Positions 7,343 through 16,236 of a DNA stretch of 33,954 nt are shown one piece after another (the stretch's first letter is position 1; each line of letters opens with the position of its first letter). The translations under genes and the position numbers were made by a program. The notes below the pieces were generated by a model that had not been told where the DNA came from, searched no databases, and saw only the letters and a list, made by a program, of their open reading frames with translations. This DNA is from a virus: UHGV virus genome UHGV-0140470. One strand, written 5' to 3'.

Positions 7343-9148
7343 ATGAAAGATGCGGTTCAAGAGGCTTTCGAAACCGGTGCAAAGGAATACCGGTTCAAAA
7401 CAGAAAAAAAGGAAGAAAAAAAACGCGTCATTAAGAAGACGGGTTTCGACGAATGGGGTATGCCGGACGGATGCCCGGTTATTCCTTTGGGGAAAAAGGG
7501 GTTGGATTTTTTTTATTTGGATGCGTCACGTCAATTTGTTCAGCTGAACTATTCGGCTCATAACGCAAATGCAATTCGTGCGTTGTTCGGAGAATATATT
7601 CATCTTCTTCCGGATATGTTTAAAAAATTCAATAAGGAAGGGGTGCAATTAAAAAATCAATGGGATGCGACAAAAGCTTTTGAAACGCTTATGAGCGCCT
7701 GTTCGTTGAAAAGCGCAAAAGTGGGGTTGTGGGATATGGGTAACCGCATTCGAGGACGCGGTGCGTGGGTCGATGATGACGGTTCTTTGTGTTTTCACTA
7801 CGGGGACAGTGTTTGTGCTTATAGAGACGGAGGAGTGAAAGAAGAATGGCATAAACCCGGAGAAGTCGGTCGGTATGTATATCCGGCTTACCCTACGTTG
7901 CTTAAGCCTGACTCTGGGGCGGACATAAAGGATGTTCTTGAGCTGAAAAGCATACTTGAAACATGGAATTTTAGAAAGAAAACGGACATAAGGCTTCTTA
8001 TCGGGTGGATTGGAGCAAGCCACATATGTGGCGCTTTGGATTGGCGCCCTATGATTTGGCTGACCGGGGATTTCGGGACGGGCAAGACGACGTTAAAAAA
8101 GCTCTTAGAGAATATGTTCGGTCAGAACATATTGTCATTTACCGGAGCGACGGAAGCGTTTGTGCGTCAGACTTTAAACGAAAATAAAGACGTTTTGCCG
8201 GTATCGTTGGACGAAATCGAGGCGGCGGAAGATAACAGAAAAGGTGCGGCTCTTATTGAGCTGGCCCGTTGGGCGGCAAGCGGTGCCGAAACGGGAAAAG
8301 GAAGCGCCGATCACAAGGCGGTATCGTTTCAAATTCGCTCAACATTTATGTTTTCATCGATCCTTGTTCCTCCCATTGACGGGCAGGACCTAAGCCGTAT
8401 TCATATTATGGACCTGAACCGTTTGGATGAGGGGGCCGTTCCGCCGGATTGTAGTCGGGATAAGATGCAAAGGATATCGGCAGTAATCCAGCGACGGATG
8501 ATTGCCGGTTTTAGCCGGTTCAAGAAAAATTTGTCAGTTTTAACGTCGTTTTTAAGCGAATATGGAGTATCTGCCCGTTCTGCGGACAGATACGGAGCAA
8601 TGGTTGCGTCATATTATGTGCTTATGCAAGACGAGGAAATGAGTGCCGAACAGGCGGAGGACGAAGCAAGATGGATAGCGGAAGAGGACAAAAAAGAAAA
8701 GAGAAGTAATCGTCCCGATAATGAATTGTGCTTAGAATGGCTGTTGTCGTCCCGTGTTGAACAATGGGTCGGCGGCGGGAAAGCGACCATAGGAGGTTTA
8801 ATATCCGAAGCTTCCGGGCTTTCAACGGCGAACTCAGACGATCAGAAACGGGCAAATAAATACCTTATGCAGAACGGGCTAAAGTTCGTTTTAAAAACGA
8901 CGCTTCGGGGAGATCCTGTAAAGTTTTTATTTATTTCTAACAATCACAAGGGCTTGTTTGATTTGTTTCGTGGCACAAAATGGGGGATGCGGGCAGGCAC
9001 AACAGGTGTTTGGATGCAGTCTTTGCGCCGTTTTCAGGGCGCGTCTGAATCAAATGCTTTGAGATTGGACGGTCAAAGAAACCGAGGGATATTGTTGCCT
9101 TTTGATGTGTTGAATATGGGGGGGGGCGACGATGATGAAATTGAATGA
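7343..9148 (+). CDS. Replicative helicase/ATPase
   Basis: Walker A GDFGTGKT, Walker B SLDEIE, RGRGAW N-domain motif, DLSR. Confidence 0.85.
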   Translation: MKDAVQEAFETGAKEYRFKTEKKEEKKRVIKKTGFDEWGMPDGCPVIPLGKKGLDFFYLDASRQFVQLNYSAHNANAIRALFGEYIHLLPDMFKKFNKEGVQLKNQWDATKAFETLMSACSLKSAKVGLWDMGNRIRGRGAWVDDDGSLCFHYGDSVCAYRDGGVKEEWHKPGEVGRYVYPAYPTLLKPDSGADIKDVLELKSILETWNFRKKTDIRLLIGWIGASHICGALDWRPMIWLTGDFGTGKTTLKKLLENMFGQNILSFTGATEAFVRQTLNENKDVLPVSLDEIEAAEDNRKGAALIELARWAASGAETGKGSADHKAVSFQIRSTFMFSSILVPPIDGQDLSRIHIMDLNRLDEGAVPPDCSRDKMQRISAVIQRRMIAGFSRFKKNLSVLTSFLSEYGVSARSADRYGAMVASYYVLMQDEEMSAEQAEDEARWIAEEDKKEKRSNRPDNELCLEWLLSSRVEQWVGGGKATIGGLISEASGLSTANSDDQKRANKYLMQNGLKFVLKTTLRGDPVKFLFISNNHKGLFDLFRGTKWGMRAGTTGVWMQSLRRFQGASESNALRLDGQRNRGILLPFDVLNMGGGDDDEIE

Positions 9149-9656
9149 GGATATAACGCCGACGCCTGAACGTTTTGAGGAAGGCGACCTGATTTTAGTC
9201 GGTAAGATATGGCAAAAAAAATATAAGGCTCACGTAGATTTTTTGGCGGCCGAAGGGCGTCTTGGCGGTTGGGATGAACGAATATTCCGCTTAAAGTCTG
9301 CGGAAAGGCTGTATGCGGATTGGGTAGGTAGCGAGTATAACCCCCGCGTAACGATCAATCCGGAACGCGTGCCCGGTCGCGGTATCAGATGCGATGAGAA
9401 CGTCGATCGTATGACAAAACAGGACAGGTATATGTATGTGATGCGAAAAATTGGCAAATACGCAGAAATTGTCAGATTTTTTGTTATTGAAGACGGTAAT
9501 GCGGCACAATTTTTGAAAAAGCGCGGTATAAGACGTCCCTCTTGCCGTCATTTTCGTGTCGTTTGGCGTGAATTATGCAAGGGCTTGGATTCCTTATCCG
9601 GGGCGTATCGAGATTTTTATTTTGAGCACGGCGATATAAAAAAATGGTGGGAATGA
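9132..9656 (+). CDS. DUF6456-like late regulator (activator/antiterminator candidate)
   Basis: DFLAAEGRL...SAERLYADW...ELCKGLDSLSGAY pattern; last early gene region before the late promoter. Confidence 0.6.
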   Translation: MMKLNEDITPTPERFEEGDLILVGKIWQKKYKAHVDFLAAEGRLGGWDERIFRLKSAERLYADWVGSEYNPRVTINPERVPGRGIRCDENVDRMTKQDRYMYVMRKIGKYAEIVRFFVIEDGNAAQFLKKRGIRRPSCRHFRVVWRELCKGLDSLSGAYRDFYFEHGDIKKWWE

Positions 9657-9835
9657 TGGGGGATGATAAAAATTTTGACCGCGAATTTTCAGGTATCTTC
9701 GGTGGGGTTGTTGCCATAAGTTTGAATTATGCAAAAGGATTGGAGCCGAAATACCTGATCAGTAAAAACGGGGTAACGTATGTTTTTCGTGATAAAGACA
9801 GTTTTATCAGGGCGTTTAAAAAACTGATGGAATAA
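9653..9835 (+). CDS. Hypothetical protein
   Basis: ~60-aa ORF with ATGA overlap to the upstream gene. Confidence 0.55.
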   Translation: MMGDDKNFDREFSGIFGGVVAISLNYAKGLEPKYLISKNGVTYVFRDKDSFIRAFKKLME

Positions 9836-9851
9836 AGGGATGTAAAACGTC

Positions 9852-9881
9852 TTGACAGGCGCGACGTTTTTTTGTTACGAT
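9852..9881 (+). promoter_or_regulatory. Late promoter
   Basis: TTGACA-18-TACGAT with extended TG. Confidence 0.7.
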
Positions 9882-9928
9882 TAGTTCAAGCTGGAGTTTT
9901 TGCGTTAGGAGCAGTAACTAAAGCTGTT

Positions 9929-10006
9929 AAAAAAAGCCTTCTTTTAGAAGGCTTTTTTTGTTGGTCAAGCCATACGCGGCGGAAGAATATAACTTCCGCC
10001 GTTTTT
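9929..10006 (+). terminator. Two tandem intrinsic terminators in the late leader
   Basis: AGCCTTCT-TTT-AGAAGGCT plus T-run (9929-9959); CGGCGGAAG-7-CTTCCGCCG plus T5 (9977-10006). Confidence 0.8.
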
Positions 10007-10021
10007 CGTGGAGATGTCGAT

Positions 10022-11380
10022 TTGAATGTAAGACTGCCTCATGACTGGAGGCCCCGTTCCTACCAGTTGAAGCTGTGGGATTATTTGGAAAAAGGCGGAA
10101 AAAGAGCCGTCGCCGTCTGGCATCGAAGAGCGGGAAAGGATTCTTTGTCCGTGAACTGGACGGCGGTCGCGGCATCGCGGCGTGTCGGCGTGTATTGGCA
10201 CATGTTGCCGACACAGGCGCAGGCCAGAAAAGTTATTTGGGACGGCATTGATAAGTTCGGGCGTCGTATTGTAGATCAGGCTTTTCCGTCATCCTTAATA
10301 AAGAAAACAAACGACCAAGATATGAAAATTGAACTGATAAACGGTTCTATTTGGCAGTGTGTCGGATCCGATAACTTTAATTCCTTGGTCGGAGCAAACC
10401 CGATAGGAATTGTTTTTTCTGAATATTCGATTGCAAATCCGGCCGCGTGGGATTTTTTCCGACCGATTTTGGCGGAAAACGGTGGTTGGACTTTGTTTAT
10501 TTATACGCCCCGCGGCAGGAATCACGGCGCACGATTGTTTGATGCCGCCAAAAATTCAGACGGATGGTTTGTGCAAAAGCTCGGTGCTGATCAGACGGAA
10601 ACGATTTCCAGAATGTTCGGAGAAGTTCCTCCGGTCACAAAAGAAACAATCGATGCGGAACGGTCGTCCGGAATGGATGACGATATGATCGAACAGGAAT
10701 TTTACTGTTCTTTTGATGCCGCTGTTAAAGGGGCTTATTACGGCAAGATTCTTAATGGTTTGGAAAACGAAGGACGTATCGGAGACGTGCCGTTTGACCC
10801 TTCAAAGCCTGTTTATACGGCATGGGATTTGGGCGTTGATGATGCGACGGCGATATGGTTTTTCCAAAATAACGGTCCTGAATGCCGCATCATTGATTAT
10901 TACGAAGCATCCGGTGTCGGGCTTGACCACTATGTCAAGGTTTTAAAAGACAAACCTTACACATATACAAACAAAAATATATTCCCCCATGACATCCGCG
11001 TGACCGAGCTGTCTACGGGAAAAACGCGTTTAGAATCCTTAGCGTCATTAGGTGTGAGGGGTAAGGTTTTGAAACGCCTAAGTGTTGAAGACGGAATATC
11101 TGCGGTCAGATTGTTATTACCGTTATGTCGTTTTGACGCAAAAAAATGTCAGTCCGGTCTTGAGGCGTTGCGGCAGTATCAAAAGGTTTGGGACGAACGG
11201 CGAGGCGTTTTTCAGCAACGCCCGCTTCACGATTGGACAAGCCATGCGGCTGATGCTTTTCGATACTTGGCGTTGGGCAGAAAAGAAGAACGGGACGAAT
11301 TTTTAATGCAACGGGTCAGGCTGTGGCGGCAGGACGACGCTAATGAGGTGTATGACCCGTTTATGTGGGCGGAGGGGTAA
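10022..11380 (+). CDS. terL: Terminase large subunit
   Basis: WHRRAGKD, GIVFSEYS, WDLGVDDATAIW, HDWTSHAADAFRY; TTG start at 10022 with GGAG SD. Confidence 0.95.
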   Translation: MNVRLPHDWRPRSYQLKLWDYLEKGGKRAVAVWHRRAGKDSLSVNWTAVAASRRVGVYWHMLPTQAQARKVIWDGIDKFGRRIVDQAFPSSLIKKTNDQDMKIELINGSIWQCVGSDNFNSLVGANPIGIVFSEYSIANPAAWDFFRPILAENGGWTLFIYTPRGRNHGARLFDAAKNSDGWFVQKLGADQTETISRMFGEVPPVTKETIDAERSSGMDDDMIEQEFYCSFDAAVKGAYYGKILNGLENEGRIGDVPFDPSKPVYTAWDLGVDDATAIWFFQNNGPECRIIDYYEASGVGLDHYVKVLKDKPYTYTNKNIFPHDIRVTELSTGKTRLESLASLGVRGKVLKRLSVEDGISAVRLLLPLCRFDAKKCQSGLEALRQYQKVWDERRGVFQQRPLHDWTSHAADAFRYLALGRKEERDEFLMQRVRLWRQDDANEVYDPFMWAEG

Positions 11381-11381
11381 C

Positions 11382-11648
11382 ATGGCAAATAAAAAAGTTG
11401 AACGGTGGCTGATTTGGCAGGCAATACAGAATAATAACAGAAAAAGCGCGGAGCAGTCCGTTCTGGATAACCGCGCAAAAAACATCCAGCGCTATAACCA
11501 GTCCAGAACGGACTTTACGGGCGGGCGCGGATTGAGCGGCGATTACGATGCAAATCCCATGCTGGGCGCTTTCAGCACCGATACTTCGGCAAATGTCGGA
11601 ATGGAATATCGTAAAAAGAAACAGCAAACGGGAGCCGTAGCGCAATGA
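11382..11648 (+). CDS. Small virion-associated hypothetical protein
   Basis: GGAGG SD; lies between TerL and portal, with ATGA overlap to portal. Confidence 0.7.
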   Translation: MANKKVERWLIWQAIQNNNRKSAEQSVLDNRAKNIQRYNQSRTDFTGGRGLSGDYDANPMLGAFSTDTSANVGMEYRKKKQQTGAVAQ

Positions 11649-13276
11649 GTGATGCTTTGGCTCAAAAAATAAAACGACGTTTTGAAGCATTACGGGCAGA
11701 ACGGCAAAATTGGGAAAATTTGTGGCAGGATGTAACGGAATTCGTTTTGCCAAGAAAAGCGGATTTTATTATTAAACAACCTTCAGGGCGTGTCAGAACG
11801 AAAAAAATTTTTGACACGACGGCGACAAACTCTGCTGAATTGCTGGCCGGTGCCGTTCACGGTATGCTGACAAATTCTGCGGTTCCGTGGTTTAGGCTTC
11901 GTTTTTCAGATAAAAGCATCAATGAAAAGCCTGAAAACAAAAAATTTTTAAATGAAGCCAGTGACGTTATTTTACAAGAGATAAACCGCCCGGATGCCGC
12001 TTTTGTCACAAATATTCATGAAGTTTATTTAGATTTGGCTGTATTGGGAACGGCAGCTTTATATGTCGGTTGGAACAATGAAAAAGGATGTCTGGATTTT
12101 AGAAGTATATTTTTAAACGAAGTCTATATCGACGAAGATGAGCGCGGAAACGTCGATACGATATACCGTGTTTATAAAGCAAATGCCAGAACATTGGCAA
12201 AACAGTTCGGTGCCGACAATTTGCCGGTTGATATAAAAAATTGTTTGGACGACGAACGATATGATAAAAAATACCGTATTATTCATGCCATTTGGCCCAA
12301 TGCGGAATACAATCCCGAAAACATAACGGCCGGTATAAATTATCCCTATAAATCAGTGTACGTTCTTGAGGAAAAGGGCGTTGTATTAAGGCGGGAAGTC
12401 TATGAGTTCATGCCTGTATTGGTCGTTCGTTGGACAAAGTCGTCCAGTGAAATATACGGCAGATCTCCGGCAATATCGGCATTGCCGGACATAAAAATGT
12501 TGCAAACGATTATGCGGGATACCTTGGAGGCCGCCGCAAAAGCGAATAATCCTCCGTATTTTGTTGACGACGAAAAATCTTTTTTGCCGCGTGTTGTTTT
12601 GCCGGGACAGGCGGTCTATGTCGAAGGCGAACCGAGACCCATGCAAACAAGTTCAATGTTGCCGTACAACGACGTTTTGATGGAATCCGTGCGCCAAAGA
12701 ATCCGGACGGCATTTTATAACGATGCGCTTCAGTTGACGGGCGGGGCGCGAATGACGGCGACTGAGGTTTTGCAACGTACTGAGGAAAAGCGCCGTCTAA
12801 TGGCTCCGGTGTTGGGTCGTTTGGAACAGGAACTGTTGGGACCTATGATTTCCGTGGTGTTTAATTTGCTGTACAAAAAAGGAATTATTGTTTTGCCCGA
12901 AGATACCACGCCTGACAATTTTCCATCGTTGGGTGTGGAATATGTATCGCCGATGGCTGTTGCTCAAAGACAGGAACGGGCTCAATCCGTTCTGATGGCT
13001 GTTCAGGCCGCCGGCGCGGTGTCTCAAACTGTAAAGGGGAGCGGGTCGATTGTCATTGATTGTGAAGCGGCGGAGCGGAAGGTTATAGAGGCTTATGGTT
13101 TGGAAGAAATTATGCGTCCTGAAAAAACAGTCAAAGACATTTTGCAAATGCAAGACGAAATGATACAGGCGCAATCACAGGCTCAAGCACAAGTTCAAGG
13201 GTTGCAGAATGCCCAAACGGCGGCTGATGTCAAAAAAACCGAGAATGAGGCGGAACGCATGAACGGGGAAAGATAA
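11645..13276 (+). CDS. Portal (head-tail connector, T7 gp8-like)
   Basis: RWTKSSSEIYGRSP, MTATEVLQRTEE..LGRLEQELL, EYVSPMA. Confidence 0.95.
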   Translation: MSDALAQKIKRRFEALRAERQNWENLWQDVTEFVLPRKADFIIKQPSGRVRTKKIFDTTATNSAELLAGAVHGMLTNSAVPWFRLRFSDKSINEKPENKKFLNEASDVILQEINRPDAAFVTNIHEVYLDLAVLGTAALYVGWNNEKGCLDFRSIFLNEVYIDEDERGNVDTIYRVYKANARTLAKQFGADNLPVDIKNCLDDERYDKKYRIIHAIWPNAEYNPENITAGINYPYKSVYVLEEKGVVLRREVYEFMPVLVVRWTKSSSEIYGRSPAISALPDIKMLQTIMRDTLEAAAKANNPPYFVDDEKSFLPRVVLPGQAVYVEGEPRPMQTSSMLPYNDVLMESVRQRIRTAFYNDALQLTGGARMTATEVLQRTEEKRRLMAPVLGRLEQELLGPMISVVFNLLYKKGIIVLPEDTTPDNFPSLGVEYVSPMAVAQRQERAQSVLMAVQAAGAVSQTVKGSGSIVIDCEAAERKVIEAYGLEEIMRPEKTVKDILQMQDEMIQAQSQAQAQVQGLQNAQTAADVKKTENEAERMNGER

Positions 13277-13566
13277 TGTTAGATCGTTTAAAAAAAGAAT
13301 ACCGTCTGATCAAGGCATACAAATCTTTGTTTAACAGCGAGGACGGAAGTTTGGTTTTGAAAAACTTATTGCAAATCAGCGGATATTTTTGCCCGGTATC
13401 AAAGCCGTCCGATGTCGTTTCAACGGCATTTGCGGACGGGAAAAGGGCGATGATGACGGAAATACTTAGGCGCACGAACGTATCTCAAGAACGTATTGTC
13501 CGAGTATTTAAAGAGTTAAACGAAGAAGCGGAGAATAAAGAATATGACGAACGAAACGATAAATGA
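13276..13566 (+). CDS. Bbp19-like conserved phage protein
   Basis: YKSLFNSEDGSLVLKNL...TAFADGKR; sits directly after portal. Confidence 0.75.
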   Translation: MLDRLKKEYRLIKAYKSLFNSEDGSLVLKNLLQISGYFCPVSKPSDVVSTAFADGKRAMMTEILRRTNVSQERIVRVFKELNEEAENKEYDERNDK

Positions 13567-14194
13567 GCCTCAAACTAACAACGAACCGAAGGAACCGTCG
13601 GAAAATTCGGCGCCCGAACAGGTCGGCGGGGCAGACGATGCCGATTATGTGTTCGATGCCGTTGACGGTGTTGACGCGGAGCTTGCAAAAAACTTTGACG
13701 CAGGATTTGCAAAATACGCCAAAGATGCCGGCATAGATAAAGACGGTGCGTCAAAACTACGCCAATCAATGTTGGGCGCTCTGGCGGAACAGGCAAAGAC
13801 GCGTCAGGGCGAACAAAAAGCCTATAACGATAAATGCGCCGCCGAAATCAAAGAAATGTTCGGCGCCGAATATGATGCACGAATGAATGCGGTGTCTTCG
13901 CTGATTGAAAAAGCGGACGGCATGCCGAACGGCGAGTTCCGCAAGTTCTTTAACGGCACGGGTCTGATGTCAGACCCGACGTTTATCAAATTTATGGATA
14001 TGATTGTCCGCGTGATGCCGAGTGAGGGGAATTTTTACGGTTCAAAATCCCGAGCAGACAGTGCGGAGGACATCAAGGCGGAAATCGCGTCGCTGATGTC
14101 GGGAGAGGCGTACCTTGACGGTACGAACTCCGGACACAGGGATGCGGTGGAAAAAGTGTATGCTTTGCGTCGCCGATTGGCGGGTGAAGCGTAA
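13544..14194 (+). CDS. Capsid scaffolding protein
   Basis: Acidic, helical protein before the capsid gene; C-terminal AYLD..HRDAVEKV motif. Confidence 0.8.
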   Translation: MTNETINEPQTNNEPKEPSENSAPEQVGGADDADYVFDAVDGVDAELAKNFDAGFAKYAKDAGIDKDGASKLRQSMLGALAEQAKTRQGEQKAYNDKCAAEIKEMFGAEYDARMNAVSSLIEKADGMPNGEFRKFFNGTGLMSDPTFIKFMDMIVRVMPSEGNFYGSKSRADSAEDIKAEIASLMSGEAYLDGTNSGHRDAVEKVYALRRRLAGEA

Positions 14195-14197
14195 AAA

Positions 14198-14251
14198 CCC
14201 TGTCCGAAGGACGGGGCAACGGCAAAGGGAGCCTTAAGCTCCCTTTTTTTT
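14198..14251 (+). terminator. Two hairpins (second terminator-like) upstream of the capsid gene
   Basis: CCCTGTCC-GAA-GGACGGGG; GGGAGC-CTTAA-GCTCCC plus T8. Confidence 0.6.
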
Positions 14252-14275
14252 ATTTGAAGAGGGAGAAAAAAAGAA

Positions 14276-15166
14276 ATGAGTTTTCAAATCACAACAGCGT
14301 TCGTCGATCAGTATTCGTCGAACGTGCAGATGCTGGTCCAGCAGAAAGGAAGCGTCTTGCGCGGTTTAGTTTTGCAGGAAAGCGTAAAAGCGAAGGAGGC
14401 CTATTTTGAACAAATCGGCAGTGTTGCCGCCGTCAAAAAAACGACGCGTCATGCCGATACGCCGCGTGTGGAAACGCCGCACAAGCGCCGTCGTTTGACG
14501 TTGTCGACGTATAACTGGGCGGATTTGATTGATAACGATGACAAAGTGCGGATGTTAATCGATCCGACCAGCGAATATTCGACGGCGGCGGCATGGGCGA
14601 TGGGGCGCGCCATCGACGAAGAAATCGTCGATGCGGCATTGGGCACCGCCTATACGGGCGAAAAAGGAACGGATGCCGTTGAATTGCCCGCGGGACAGAT
14701 CATCGATGCCGAAGGATCTGCGGGATTCACTTTTGACAAATTGCGCCAGGTCAAGCGCGTTTTTGACGCGAACGATGTGCCCTCCGAAGGGCGATATATC
14801 GTTTTAACGGCGTACCAGCTGGATAACCTGTTGGGCGAAACGAAGGTTACTTCGGCGGATTATGCATCGGCCAAAGCGTTGGTCAGGGGCGAAATCAACG
14901 AATTTATGGGATTTAAATTCATCCAACTGAACGGCAAACGCGCCGACGGTACGCTGATTTTGCCGGAAGAGTCAAACGGAATACGTTCCTGTCTGGCTTT
15001 CCAGAAAGAGGGGTTGAAGCTGGGTATCGGTGAAGACCCGTTCGGAAAAATCACCGAACGCGACGACAAATGCTTTGCGACGCAGGTCTATTATGAAATG
15101 TCCATCGGTGCGACACGTATGCAGGAAGAAGCCGTCGTCAAGGTAAATTGTAAGGAGAGCGCATAA
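14276..15166 (+). CDS. Major capsid protein
   Basis: MSFQITTAFVDQY...QQKGSVLR, AMGRAIDEEI, FMGFKFI, GATRMQEEAVV. Confidence 0.92.
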   Translation: MSFQITTAFVDQYSSNVQMLVQQKGSVLRGLVLQESVKAKEAYFEQIGSVAAVKKTTRHADTPRVETPHKRRRLTLSTYNWADLIDNDDKVRMLIDPTSEYSTAAAWAMGRAIDEEIVDAALGTAYTGEKGTDAVELPAGQIIDAEGSAGFTFDKLRQVKRVFDANDVPSEGRYIVLTAYQLDNLLGETKVTSADYASAKALVRGEINEFMGFKFIQLNGKRADGTLILPEESNGIRSCLAFQKEGLKLGIGEDPFGKITERDDKCFATQVYYEMSIGATRMQEEAVVKVNCKESA

Positions 15167-15591
15167 TGGCTAAGGTATATTCGAAAGAAATGACGATTAT
15201 TAACGCGGGAAAAGCGGTTTACGCCGGCGTTGTCGGCGGGCGTGTGCGCCGTTATCGGGCAACCGTAGAACTGAAGGCGCAGGCGGCGGATGACGTCATT
15301 GAACTGATTGAGGTTCCGGCAAACAAAACCTTTGCTTTCGGCGTCATTTTCACTTCGGTTACGCTCGGTAAGGCGACTTTGGCAATCGGAACGGCGGACG
15401 ATCCGGATGCGTATATGGTGGCAAAAACGGTAACGACGGCTGATGCGCCCGTGTTTTTCGGCACCGCTGACGCCGCATCGGCGGATACGACGGCGAAGGC
15501 GGGCAAAACGACGATTACGGCAACCGTCGGATCGGCGGCTTTGCCCGCAAGCGGAACGCTTGTCATTGATGTTTATGCGTCGGACATCTGA
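15166..15591 (+). CDS. Capsid cement/decoration protein
   Basis: 141-aa beta-rich Ala/Thr/Val protein coupled (TAATG) to the capsid gene. Confidence 0.7.
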   Translation: MAKVYSKEMTIINAGKAVYAGVVGGRVRRYRATVELKAQAADDVIELIEVPANKTFAFGVIFTSVTLGKATLAIGTADDPDAYMVAKTVTTADAPVFFGTADAASADTTAKAGKTTITATVGSAALPASGTLVIDVYASDI

Positions 15592-15598
15592 CTTTTTT

Positions 15599-15633
15599 AA
15601 AGGCGGGACTTTGGTTTAAGCCCCGCCTTTTTT
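15599..15633 (+). terminator. Intrinsic terminator after the capsid genes
   Basis: AAAGGCGGG...CCCGCCTTTTTT. Confidence 0.8.
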
Positions 15634-15664
15634 GTTTGATTATTTTTTTCTGTTCGGGGGCAAA

Positions 15665-16234
15665 ATGGCGTCGGTTGTAGGAATATGTAACAGGGCTTTA
15701 TCAAAAATCGGCGATGATATCGGCATTACGTCAATTCACGACGATTTAAAGCCCGCAAGGTATTGCAAACTGTTATATGCGGATACGCGCGATTATGTCT
15801 TGCGTTCCTATCCGTGGCGTTTTGCTTTGAAGCAATGGCGGTTGGCGCCGATCGAGGAAAAACCTGTCTTCGGTTTTGAAAATGCGTTCCAACTGCCGGC
15901 AGAATGTTTATCTGTATGGCGTCCCGAAAATCCAGATGACAATTACGGCGTTTACGGCAGAACGGTTCACGCAAACGGCATTGTCTTCGGGTTCGTCGGA
16001 TGCGCGCGTATAGAAGACCCGACCCTGTTCGACCCGATGTTTGCCGATGCGTTATCTTTGCGGCTGGCTTACGAACTGGTGCCTGCGTTGGCAGGCGATA
16101 TGAATTTAAAAAATTTTTTAATGCAGGAATTTGAATTGCGCGTCAAAGAAGCAAGGCGGGCATCGGCGATTGAAAGCCCGCGCGCAATCTTTGAAATGAA
16201 ACCTGATTGGGTTACGGCGCATTACGGGGCATAA
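15665..16234 (+). CDS. Tail tubular protein A (T7 gp11-like adaptor)
   Basis: ICNRALSKIG, PWRFA, FDPMFADALSLRLA. Confidence 0.85.
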   Translation: MASVVGICNRALSKIGDDIGITSIHDDLKPARYCKLLYADTRDYVLRSYPWRFALKQWRLAPIEEKPVFGFENAFQLPAECLSVWRPENPDDNYGVYGRTVHANGIVFGFVGCARIEDPTLFDPMFADALSLRLAYELVPALAGDMNLKNFLMQEFELRVKEARRASAIESPRAIFEMKPDWVTAHYGA

Positions 16235-16236
16235 AT

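Noticed and set aside
9872..10021. N-terminal extension of TerL
   Set aside because: It spans the promoter and terminators; the SD-supported TTG at 10022 is preferred.
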